NCBI GenBank assembly: GCA_049512055.1
Contig: JBEKXK010000005.1
Location: forward strand, 2,207-66,206
DNA: 64,000 nt
Reading direction: 5' to 3'
DNA from: Syntrophales bacterium
GTDB taxonomy: Bacteria > Desulfobacterota > Syntrophia > Syntrophales > UBA2185
Shown in pieces: positions 56,271 through 64,000 of this stretch. Every line of letters begins with the position of its first letter. The first letter of the stretch is position 1. The position numbers and the translations under genes are program-made. The notes below the pieces were generated by a model. It saw nothing but the letters and a program-made list of their open reading frames with translations. It was not told the DNA's origin and did not search any database.

Positions 56271-58634
56271 TCAAGCTCTGCCCGGGATTGTTGCGGGAGC
56301 GTCTGCATCCAAGTCATTTAACACCAGAGAAACGCGATCATCCACCAGCCCCTCTATCTCATCAGTATCCTCCATAGATAACGCTGCCGCTAAGACCTCT
56401 TTCGCATCCGCTAATTTCACGTGTCTGATGAGATGCTTGATAATCGGCACTGAGGGGGCGTTCATACTTAGCTGATCGATACCCATCGCCAGGTAAAGGT
56501 AAGCGCATTTAGGGTTTGACGCCGCTTCCCCGCAAATGACCATGGGCTTATCATTTTTCCTGCAGACTGACGCAATGTCCCGGATGGTGGAGATCACAGC
56601 GGGATGGAGAGGGTTATATATGGGCGCAACCTTTTGATTATTTCTGTCGACAGCAAGAACAAACTGGGTGAGATCATTGGTGCCGACGCTGACAAAATCC
56701 ACGTACTTGAGCAGTTTTTCCAGAATAATTGCGGCTGCCGGCACTTCAAGGAGGAGACCCACTTTGATTCTATCATTAAAGGGTATCCCCTTTTCCCGCA
56801 AGCCTGACTTTTCCTCGTCTATGAGTGAGAGAGTGTCCTTTATTTCTCTCACCGAAGAGATCATGGGAAACAGGATTTTTAAATGACCAAATGCCGATGC
56901 CCGCAAAATAGCGCGAATCTGTTCTTTGAAAACATCCCTAAGCTCAAGGGACACCCGGATGGACCTCCAGCCCAAAAAGGGGTTATCCTCTCTGGGATAG
57001 TCCAGATAGGACAGGAATTTATCGCCTCCCACATCGAGGGTGCGGATGGTAACGTCCTTTCCGTTAGCTGCCGCAAGCACGCGCCGGTAAAGGTCCACCT
57101 GTTCACTTTCCGAGGGAAAGCGTTCCCTCACAAGAAAGGGAAATTCGGTTCTGTAAAGACCGACATGGTCTGCACCGTATTTTTCCACAAGTTCAAAGTC
57201 GGAAAGAAGACTGATATTAGCGCCGAGCCTGACTTCAAAACCATCCGGCGTTTGCGCCTTCAACGGCCTTATGGCTTCCAGCCTTCCATACTGCCTTGCC
57301 TTTTCGTCCCCGAGCCGCTGATATTCCCGTATGATCATCTCCGAAGGCTTGTGATAGATGACGCCTGACCTGCCGTCGATAATCAACAAATCATGCTCCT
57401 GTATTTCCTTGAGGAGCGGCCTGGAAACAATGACCATCGGTATCTCGAATGACCTTGCAAGAATTGCCACGTGGGATGCCGCACCGCCCTTGGACACGAT
57501 GATGCCTTTCAGGTTCCCCTGCCTCAAATTGATCAATTCGCCGGGGGATATGCTCGATGCGATGACGATTGTCTTTTCTGCGAATATCTTCGGATCCTCA
57601 TCTTCAAAGCCAAGCAGGTTTTGTAATATCCTTTTCCCCACGTTCTCAATATCATATCCTCTCTCCCGCAGGTAGGGATCTTCTATCCTGGAAAATTGCC
57701 TCATGTAGTCCAGGATGACTTCCTTCAGTGCATACTCCGCTGCATTTTTCTCCCTGATCTTGGTGATGATCTTGTTTCTCAGGCCGAGGTCGTGAAGATA
57801 CTTGAGATATGTGCGCAGGATGTCTTCATCCGCCGGGGAAACATCAGATCTTACATCGCTGCACAAGCGCTCGACCTGCGCTTCGGAGCGCCTGAGGGCA
57901 TTTTCGAACCTACTGATCTCATGATCGACATCGCGTGCCTCATGAAAATACACATCAGAAAATCCGACGGACTCCCGGAGATAGTGGGCGCCTCCTTCCC
58001 CGAATCCGGCGGATACAGGCACGCCCCGCAGCAGATCCCTTTTCGCAATGCGTTCTGCCTCTCTCCGTTGATCCGAAACTGCATCTGCCGCCTCAGGCGC
58101 AGGGCCGGTCTTTTGTTTCATATTCCTCAAGAGATTGGCATACGCCGCCACGCCTGCTATCTGGGACGCGACCGTGGAAAATATGACCGTGTCGGCTTCG
58201 TCTATGCCCGCTTCATCGACAGTCTGAATAACAAGGACTCCCAGGGCCTCGCCGTGGTAGATGAGGGGAAGGCCGAGGAAACTGTGATATCTTTCTTCGC
58301 CGCTCCCTTCGAAATACTTGTATCTCGGATGACGGGCAGGATCTTTCACGAAAAGAGGCCTCATCCGCTTGAGAACAAGGCCCGTCAGTCCCTCATCGAT
58401 GCTCATGTATATCTTGCCGACCATGTCCTCACTCAAACCGACGGTAGCCGCCAAAGACAGGCGATTCTTGGTCGCGTCAAATATATAGATAGAACAGACA
58501 TCAACGCCGAATTTGCCGGCAATAAGTTTGGCTATCTCGCGAAGTGAATCCGCCGGGTCGCTTGAACTGCTGATGATTCTGCCCACATCTTCGATGATGG
58601 ATATGTCTCTTTGTTCTAATGCGCGTTCTGTCAT
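56271..58634 (-). CDS. ptsP: GAF-domain phosphoenolpyruvate--protein phosphotransferase PtsP (EI-Ntr type)
   Basis: 787 aa. N-terminal GAF (DVCSIYIFDATKNRLSLAATVGL). Enzyme I core with the phospho-His region GGAASHVAILARSFEIPMV and the PEP-binding motif FVSVGTNDLTQF. Confidence 0.9.
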   Translation of the reverse strand: MTERALEQRDISIIEDVGRIISSSSDPADSLREIAKLIAGKFGVDVCSIYIFDATKNRLSLAATVGLSEDMVGKIYMSIDEGLTGLVLKRMRPLFVKDPARHPRYKYFEGSGEERYHSFLGLPLIYHGEALGVLVIQTVDEAGIDEADTVIFSTVASQIAGVAAYANLLRNMKQKTGPAPEAADAVSDQRREAERIAKRDLLRGVPVSAGFGEGGAHYLRESVGFSDVYFHEARDVDHEISRFENALRRSEAQVERLCSDVRSDVSPADEDILRTYLKYLHDLGLRNKIITKIREKNAAEYALKEVILDYMRQFSRIEDPYLRERGYDIENVGKRILQNLLGFEDEDPKIFAEKTIVIASSISPGELINLRQGNLKGIIVSKGGAASHVAILARSFEIPMVIVSRPLLKEIQEHDLLIIDGRSGVIYHKPSEMIIREYQRLGDEKARQYGRLEAIRPLKAQTPDGFEVRLGANISLLSDFELVEKYGADHVGLYRTEFPFLVRERFPSESEQVDLYRRVLAAANGKDVTIRTLDVGGDKFLSYLDYPREDNPFLGWRSIRVSLELRDVFKEQIRAILRASAFGHLKILFPMISSVREIKDTLSLIDEEKSGLREKGIPFNDRIKVGLLLEVPAAAIILEKLLKYVDFVSVGTNDLTQFVLAVDRNNQKVAPIYNPLHPAVISTIRDIASVCRKNDKPMVICGEAASNPKCAYLYLAMGIDQLSMNAPSVPIIKHLIRHVKLADAKEVLAAALSMEDTDEIEGLVDDRVSLVLNDLDADAPATIPGRA

Positions 58635-58855
58635 GCTTCAGACATCCTCAAATGGGGTCTTTACCCCTTCATTCTTTACAGCGAAAGCTATCATGAATTC
58701 CTGTATCTAACAATCACTTTCGAATTAGAAGCTGAAACGCCTGCAACACGGGGCTTGCAGAGCATCATGCAGACCCATCAAGCAGTCCTTTACCACACAG
58801 TTCATTCATGATAAAAAATAAATAGAGTCTTAAGCGGGGAAAGTGATTAACCTCT

Positions 58856-60934
58856 ATGCGGCATCGCCACCAGAAACGGTTTGACAAGAAAGATAAGTAT
58901 CGCAGAAAACCCAAATCCCGTGAACATACGAGATTGCAGGCGGATGCCGAGCCGGTGCTGAAAGGCATCTTTGCAAAAATCGGAAGACCCATCTCCACGC
59001 CGTTTGCGCCGGACCTCTTTCAGCTCCGCGCGCTGGAAGCAGTGAGAAGGACCGACTGTCTCGTAATCGCGCCAACCGGTTCCGGAAAGACATGGGTCGC
59101 GGAACAGGCGATTATGTCTGTCTTCAGCAGAGGCGGACGATGCTGGTATGCTTCTCCCCTGAAGGCGCTGACCAATGCCAAATGGGTGGAATTCGGACTC
59201 CAGTTCGAGAGCCAGAACGTCGGCATCCTGACAGGCGACACCAAAGAAAACACCGCCGCACCGATAATCGTCGGTACCACGGAAATCCTGAGAAACCAGC
59301 TCTATGACGTAATGCACAGCGGTGAAGACTTGAACTGTGATCTCGTCATTCTCGACGAGGCACATTTCTTGGGAGATGCAGACCGGGGTGTTGTTTGGGA
59401 GGAGGTTATGATTTACCTCCCTGCCAGGATAAACCTACTTCTGCTCTCCGCTACTATAGGCAATGGCGATGAGATCGCACAATGGCTCTCCATGATAAGA
59501 GGGAAGGAATGTGTTGTTGTGAGGGAAGAGAAAAGACCGGTCCCTCTCTATCCGCTTTTTTTCCACCCTTCCGGGCGCATCATGCCCTACCTGGAGAAAA
59601 AAAGACTTTGCGGCAAGGTCAATGAATTTTTCAAGGATAAGCAAAGAAGAATGCCGCATCGGGGGCAATCTCCGCCTTTCGGTGAGGTCATCAGGATACT
59701 CGGAAAATACCAGCTCCTGCCGGCCATCTTTTTTCTTAAGTCCAGATCGGAGTGCGATGCAGCCTTGAAAGCCTGCGGGAGGCTCACAGATGACGACAGA
59801 GACGATACTTTCCATTATACCCTCGAAGAGACTCTCTCACGTTTCCCCTATCTGGAGAATCACAAGCAGCTCCACTATCTGACAAGCGCAAGGGTCGCTT
59901 CCCATCATGCGGGACAACTCCCCTCCTGGAAATTCCTCGTAGAGACCATGATGAAGAGCGGGAACCTCAGGGCGATCTTCGCCACCTCCACCGTAGCCGC
60001 CGGCGTTAATTTTCCCGCAAGGACCATCGTGCTCTTCAATTCTGATCTCTTCAACGGCCACGACTTCAGCCCTTTGAAGGGCACCGAGTTCCACCAGATG
60101 ACGGGAAGGGCCGGAAGACGGGGCGTGGACAAGATCGGCTTCCTGCTCGTCGTTCCCGGAAGATTCATGGATTTGGAGCACATCCGGCGCCTTCTCTTCA
60201 AGAGGCCGGAAGATATTTTGAGCCAGATAAAGAACGATTTTTCCATGGTCTTGAATCTCCTCCTCTCCCAGACCCCGGAAGACATAAGGAAGATCTTTGA
60301 AAACTCTTTTGCCATGTATCAGCATCCGCGCATGAAGACAGGAGGGAAAGGGCAGGACCACAGCTTAGGTTTGTGGGAAGACTTCCAGCGGCATCTGAAG
60401 TTTCTCAAGACGGAAAGCTTCGTTGATGAGAATGACAGGCTCACGGAAAACGGCGTCTGGGCATCCAGGTTGAGGTTGGATCAACCCATTCTCATCGCCG
60501 AATCTCTGAAGAGGAATGTATTCCCGCCGGATGATGAGCACCTCCTCGCGGCGGCGCTCGCTCCGTTTGTTTACGATGGTGACGAGAATATAAGAATGAC
60601 GAGCAAGACAATGCCGCGTAAACTGACGCGGTGTTACAGCCGGATAGTTACAACGCTGCAGCCGCTCGCAGAGCGCATGGAGGCTGCGGGGTTTCGTGTG
60701 TCTCCTCTCTATCTATGGACATCTTCAGTTATTTACGATTGGGCAAGAGGCGTTGACTGGGACGAAATTATCGAAACTGCCGGGATCTCTGATGGGGACA
60801 TGGCAATGCTTGTCCTCCGGACAGCGGATAACTTATGGCAACTCAGGAATCTGAAAGAGACGCATCCCCAGGTGGCGGCGCTTGCAGCTAAGGCGAGAGA
60901 ATCAATTCTCAAGGAACCGGTTATCTTTGAATAA
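58856..60934 (+). CDS. Ski2/HelY-like DEAD/DEAH-box helicase with DSHCT-like C-terminus
   Basis: 692 aa with a basic N-terminus. Motif I APTGSGKT, motif II DEAH, motif III SAT, motif VI QMTGRAGRRG. The C-terminus is DSHCT-like (VIYDWARGVDWDEIIETAGISDGDMAMLVLRTADNLWQL). Confidence 0.8.
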   Translation: MRHRHQKRFDKKDKYRRKPKSREHTRLQADAEPVLKGIFAKIGRPISTPFAPDLFQLRALEAVRRTDCLVIAPTGSGKTWVAEQAIMSVFSRGGRCWYASPLKALTNAKWVEFGLQFESQNVGILTGDTKENTAAPIIVGTTEILRNQLYDVMHSGEDLNCDLVILDEAHFLGDADRGVVWEEVMIYLPARINLLLLSATIGNGDEIAQWLSMIRGKECVVVREEKRPVPLYPLFFHPSGRIMPYLEKKRLCGKVNEFFKDKQRRMPHRGQSPPFGEVIRILGKYQLLPAIFFLKSRSECDAALKACGRLTDDDRDDTFHYTLEETLSRFPYLENHKQLHYLTSARVASHHAGQLPSWKFLVETMMKSGNLRAIFATSTVAAGVNFPARTIVLFNSDLFNGHDFSPLKGTEFHQMTGRAGRRGVDKIGFLLVVPGRFMDLEHIRRLLFKRPEDILSQIKNDFSMVLNLLLSQTPEDIRKIFENSFAMYQHPRMKTGGKGQDHSLGLWEDFQRHLKFLKTESFVDENDRLTENGVWASRLRLDQPILIAESLKRNVFPPDDEHLLAAALAPFVYDGDENIRMTSKTMPRKLTRCYSRIVTTLQPLAERMEAAGFRVSPLYLWTSSVIYDWARGVDWDEIIETAGISDGDMAMLVLRTADNLWQLRNLKETHPQVAALAAKARESILKEPVIFE

Positions 60935-61109
60935 GACGACTCTTTGAATAGCGTAGTGTAGACCTTTAGATCTGCTTTCCTATTGTTCGTCATTACGACG
61001 AGCGAACCGACGCGGCAATCTTATTTTTTATCCCTCATTTGTTGCTTGACTTTTTCGTCAACAATACGATAAAAGGCACGATTCCTAAACAATTTCTTCT
61101 GCACTGCAC

Positions 61110-61185
61110 GTCCCCATCGTCTAGAGGCCTAGGACACCGGCCTTTCACGCCGGTAACCCGGGTTCGAATCCCGGTGGGGACGCCA
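61110..61185 (+). tRNA. tRNA-Glu (anticodon UUC), CCA encoded
   Basis: Manual cloverleaf. Acceptor stem GTCCCCA/TGGGGAC. D stem GTCT/GGAC. Anticodon stem CCGGC/GCCGG with loop CTTTCAC (anticodon TTC). T stem CCGGG/CCCGG with loop TTCGAAT. Discriminator G followed by CCA. Confidence 0.93.
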
Positions 61186-61200
61186 AATTATATCCAGTAC

Positions 61201-62280
61201 TTATAAATTCCCAACTTTTTCAACTACCGCGTGTGTGTCCCTATGTGTGTCCTTTTTTTCCAACAGCCTCAATCCAACCGATAAATCGTCATCAATTTTT
61301 TTTAGGTAAATCTCTGTTGTGGTCTGTGTCTTGTGTCTCAGTAACCTTTGCAGCTTTTTGATGCTGACTTTGTGAATGTCATTTAACACCGAAGGACCGT
61401 ACTTCCTGAGAGCCTTAAACCCGAACTGCTTAACTCCCGCTTTCTTGCATACGCCCTTTAGAAATTTGTTTCTGTGCGTGAACTTCTCTCCGGTTTCAGG
61501 GTCTGTAAAAACATGGGCAGATTTCTTATTACGATGCTCCCATTGCCACGCCAAAGCTTCGTATAGGTCTGAGCCCTTAGGCAATGGGAAATAGTCCGCC
61601 TGCCTGTCACCATGCAACCTCTTTCTTGTCCACAGGCGATACCATTCCTTCTCGAAATTGATATCCTCCCATGTCCAATCAAAGATTTCCGACCTCCTTG
61701 CGAATGTATAATAGTAGCACTTCAGCATCACCCGATCCTGTCCACTAGCTGCAATCATAACCCTGTCAATATCTTCGCCTGATGGGAGATACTCCGGTTT
61801 ACGCTCTTCAGGCATCCTGTCAATATTAACAACCGGATTGTGCGTAATGCCATGAATCTTCCTCAGCCAGTTGAACATCGCAAGAAGGTTTTTCCGATCC
61901 CTGTTCCAGGCATTCCCTGAAACCTTGCGCGCTCTCTCTGCAAGATGCTGTAACACCATGGATGGAGTAACATCATCCACATTCACTTTACCCCACTTTT
62001 TCAGCAGAGCACGGCACAACTTCTTTTTCTCGCCATAAGTCGTTGATGAAAACTTCAACTTTGAAAAATCAAGATACTCATTGCACGCCGTCAAGAAGTC
62101 CATGCCGGTTTTGGTTTCCTCCGTCGAGCTTTCCAGTTCCTCTGGATTCTCCAACTCCTGCAATTTTTGCACTTCCCAACACTTCGCTTCCGTCTTTGTC
62201 TTGAAAATGCCTGTGTATCGTTGACTTCCTTTCTTCACCACCCCTTTCCATCTTCTTCTTTTCTGGTCGAAATAGGGCAT
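61201..62280 (-). CDS. int: tyrosine-type site-specific integrase (phage integrase family)
   Basis: 359 aa. N-terminal arm-type DNA-binding module (RRRWKGVVKKGSQRYTGIFKTKTEAKCWE). Catalytic region (FARRSEI..., FKALRKYG, LLRHKTQTTTEIYL with the terminal Tyr). Confidence 0.88.
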   Translation of the reverse strand: MPYFDQKRRRWKGVVKKGSQRYTGIFKTKTEAKCWEVQKLQELENPEELESSTEETKTGMDFLTACNEYLDFSKLKFSSTTYGEKKKLCRALLKKWGKVNVDDVTPSMVLQHLAERARKVSGNAWNRDRKNLLAMFNWLRKIHGITHNPVVNIDRMPEERKPEYLPSGEDIDRVMIAASGQDRVMLKCYYYTFARRSEIFDWTWEDINFEKEWYRLWTRKRLHGDRQADYFPLPKGSDLYEALAWQWEHRNKKSAHVFTDPETGEKFTHRNKFLKGVCKKAGVKQFGFKALRKYGPSVLNDIHKVSIKKLQRLLRHKTQTTTEIYLKKIDDDLSVGLRLLEKKDTHRDTHAVVEKVGNL

Positions 62281-62443
62281 CTATCAACTCCTTCCTGAAC
62301 CTCAAGGTTCTACCAATTTTGAGGCCCCCTAATTTCTCCCAGCGTGTGTAGACTGTCCGAACTGAAACGTTCAGATATCCAGCCACCTGTTTGGGGGTCA
62401 TTATGGCATCATTCAATTTTAAGTCAACAGAAGAGTGATGCAT
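62078..62443 (-). CDS. excisionase-family helix-turn-helix protein (HTH_17/AlpA-like)
   Basis: The N-terminal part (MTPKQVAGYLNVSVRTVYTRWEKLGGLKIGRTLRFRKELIDALF) is a typical Xis/MerR-type HTH. The ORF then continues out of frame for 203 nt into the integrase gene, giving a low-complexity tail, so the true 3' end is uncertain. Confidence 0.6.
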   Translation of the reverse strand: MHHSSVDLKLNDAIMTPKQVAGYLNVSVRTVYTRWEKLGGLKIGRTLRFRKELIDALFRPEKKKMERGGEERKSTIHRHFQDKDGSEVLGSAKIAGVGESRGTGKLDGGNQNRHGLLDGVQ

Positions 62444-62528
62444 TACAATCCTGTTTGAAAATTATTTATCAGCTACTTCATTCCCTACATGGGGAATGCT
62501 CAATCCTGGGTCATCTATGGGCGCCACA

Positions 62529-63566
62529 TTACCTGCCATGATGGCCTCCTAGGTAGGCATTTGTGATGTCGATCCGGTGATGCCCAAGTTCCTCGCCGAC
62601 AGCGAGACGTATCTCCTTGTCCAGCTCTCTGACTTGTTCTTTCGAGAGACCGGTTTCAGACGCTGCGTATTCCCGCCACTCATTGCCGAACTTTCCAACC
62701 TCAACGGGACACTTTACTTCACGCCCTGTCATTTCTTCCCATTTCGAAGTGTAGCTTTCATGAGCAAACGAGTGCCTGAACGCATGAAACCACCTCGTGG
62801 ATCCTATACTCTCGTTGACGCTGCGCAGAACGCTGTAAGCGAAATTCCGGTACTGACTGTAATTCATGTTGGAGGGTATCAACGATCCTCTCGTGAACCA
62901 GCCGGCATGTTGACGCACAAACTCTTGAGCATGTTGAAAGGCAGCAATCTCCCGGACCGTGAACGTCCGAGGCTGACCGTTCTTCACGCCATCACCACGT
63001 TCCAGACGGACCATGTTATCAGAGAAGTCCTTACATTCTATTTTGATCTGGGTGCTTTCTCGAAACCTCAATCCGCCTTCTCTTTGCAGGGTAATGGAAT
63101 GTGCCAATGCCTGGTATCGTATATCGGCCGTCTCCACAAACCGCTCCCTCAGTTCGTTCAAGACCATTTGATAAACCTCATTCGAGACTGATTTGTTGAC
63201 ATTATCGTAGCGATGTCCTCTCGCAATTCCATATTCCTTTGCGGAAACGTAATTATCGTTGCCGTAAACTTCGAAGACAGAGTTGATCGCGGAGATATAG
63301 CTCGAGGTCGTTGACGATTCTTTCTCTCCATTCTCTAATTCCATTCGTAAATTATCAGCGTATGCCGCGTATTGTTCCTGAGTTACTTTTTCCAGGTTTC
63401 TGATCTGATACTCGGAGCGCATGAAACCGGCAAGATCCTGCAAATCGGAAACAATCTTATTCTCCGATGCCGTGCCGTTACCCCTTGCGATACTCACATG
63501 CTCGGCGATCTTCCGGATAACTAGGTTGTCCAGATTCTTGCCAACACCATAATTCCTCATGTGCAC
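62529..63566 (-). CDS. second tyrosine-recombinase-like integrase-domain protein
   Basis: 345 aa. Candidate catalytic residues lie in GGLRFRES (Arg), HAFRHSFAH (His-x-x-Arg) and LGHHRIDITNAYLGG (His ... Tyr). The N-terminus (NYGVGKNLDNLV...) is unrelated to the first integrase. Confidence 0.65.
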   Translation of the reverse strand: MHMRNYGVGKNLDNLVIRKIAEHVSIARGNGTASENKIVSDLQDLAGFMRSEYQIRNLEKVTQEQYAAYADNLRMELENGEKESSTTSSYISAINSVFEVYGNDNYVSAKEYGIARGHRYDNVNKSVSNEVYQMVLNELRERFVETADIRYQALAHSITLQREGGLRFRESTQIKIECKDFSDNMVRLERGDGVKNGQPRTFTVREIAAFQHAQEFVRQHAGWFTRGSLIPSNMNYSQYRNFAYSVLRSVNESIGSTRWFHAFRHSFAHESYTSKWEEMTGREVKCPVEVGKFGNEWREYAASETGLSKEQVRELDKEIRLAVGEELGHHRIDITNAYLGGHHGR

Positions 63567-63591
63567 CTCTCAAGACATAGTATTCCCTCTT

Positions 63592-63911
63592 GCAGCCTTT
63601 CCCGGAAGGAACGGCTGCTGCCTTGTGGACCCGTAATCTGACAAAGAGTTGTTAAATGTTTGTTAGGTTAATAGTTTGGTTACTACCCTGAGAACTACGA
63701 CCCCGTCGTAAGAGCCTCAACGTGAATAGCAACCCTTAAATCCGTCTCTTTGTACCGCTCTTCGTGCGTTAGCAAAGAAACGGATTTCGCCGCTTCGTGA
63801 CCCTGGTTCAGCCACGTCGAAGTTAAACGATATAGAAGTTAAATGATAAAAGGTGCTCATCGGGATTCCACACTATCCCGCGTCGCTGTGAGGATGACTC
63901 TGTATCCTCAC
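63592..63911. other. series of four stem-loops in non-coding DNA upstream of the second recombinase
   Basis: Stem 1 is GCAGCC (63592-63597) / GGCTGC (63613-63618). Stem 2 is a 15-bp stem with one mismatch, 63738-63752 / 63773-63787, with a 20-nt loop. Stem 3 is CGGGAT (63861-63866) / ATCCCG (63875-63880). Stem 4 is GTGAGGAT (63888-63895) / ATCCTCAC (63904-63911). Stems 3 and 4 both have 8-nt loops. Confidence 0.6.
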
Positions 63912-64000
63912 GATGTGCCGTCTTACTTTTTTGTTTGTTCAGGTTTCTGAGATATTAAAATTGAATGACTCTGGTGAGACGTTCATTGCATTGATGATCA

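Larger units (their letters stand above)
61186..64000. mobile_element. left end of a tRNA-Glu-associated integrative element (genomic island/prophage/ICE), truncated by window edge
   Basis: An integrase gene ends 15 nt from the tRNA 3' end. It is followed by an excisionase-like HTH gene, a second tyrosine recombinase and more than 430 nt of hairpin-rich non-coding DNA. The right boundary is not in the window. Confidence 0.6.

Noticed and set aside
63640-63680. GTTAAAT and GTTAGGT sequences match the integron core-site pattern GTTRRRY next to a divergent tyrosine recombinase, which raised the idea of an integron attI/attC.
   Set aside because: The recombinase does not resemble IntI (no LLGHSD..TT.IYTHV-type C-terminus and no IntI-specific insertion that I can see). 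The 7-nt pattern is very common in AT-rich DNA, and no cassette array is visible.
1-64000. A scan for CRISPR arrays, rRNA genes, IS/transposase genes, toxin-antitoxin pairs, reverse transcriptases and other recognisable defence-system components.
   Set aside because: I saw no regularly spaced direct repeats and no matching protein motifs in any of the supplied translations. Outside the island edge at 61.2-64 kb, the window is essentially core genome.

Overview
This 64-kb chromosomal window comes from a Gram-negative bacterium. The gene content (many sigma-54 enhancer-binding regulators, TPR lipoproteins, selB, several radical SAM enzymes) looks Desulfobacterota/deltaproteobacterial, but that is inference only. 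Most of the window is conserved core.

Layout:
1. 0-8.7 kb: two NtrC-type regulators, a PAS histidine kinase, a secreted TPR protein, and a small ORF coupled to a REC-GAF-HD-GYP protein.
2. 9-16.9 kb: envelope and morphogenesis genes. These are a MotE-like/SPOR protein, a membrane protein plus bactofilin, an S41 Ctp protease, a YibQ-like protein, and a TPR lipoprotein plus LolB-like lipoprotein.
3. 17-21.9 kb, minus strand: a complete Tol-Pal cluster (tolQ-tolR-tolA-like-tolB-pal-cpoB).
4. 22-24.7 kb: a compact epmB-efp-epmA module.
5. 25.5-33.2 kb: mixed genes. These are an orphan release-factor-like (baeRF-like) protein, a CDF transporter, a YhaM-like nuclease plus selB, a small lipoprotein, and a B12-type radical SAM enzyme.
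6. 33.4-52.2 kb: ruvX-mltG, then a full dcw cluster mraZ-rsmH-ftsL-ftsI-murE-murF-mraY-murD-ftsW-murG-murC-murB-ftsQ-ftsA-ftsZ. It has no ddl. It has a clear promoter and a triple GTGG repeat in front of mraZ.
7. 52.3-60.9 kb: a radical SAM protein, a TPR protein, xthA, a DUF484-like protein, ptsP and a Ski2/HelY-like helicase.
8. From 61.1 kb: tRNA-Glu(UUC), then the left edge of an integrative element that runs off the window. It holds an integrase, an excisionase-like HTH protein, a second tyrosine recombinase and hairpin-rich non-coding DNA.

I found no rRNA, CRISPR array, transposase or recognisable defence-system genes. I do not see a complete, clearly novel multi-gene system inside the window. 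The best leads are:
- the truncated tRNA-Glu island, whose cargo lies beyond 64000;
- the orphan baeRF-like gene with its 781-bp ORF-poor upstream region;
- the bactofilin paired with a protein that has an M23-peptidase-like N-terminus but no peptidase domain;
- two repeat-structured spacers inside and after the dcw cluster.

All functional calls rest on motif recognition in the supplied translations. No database search was run.
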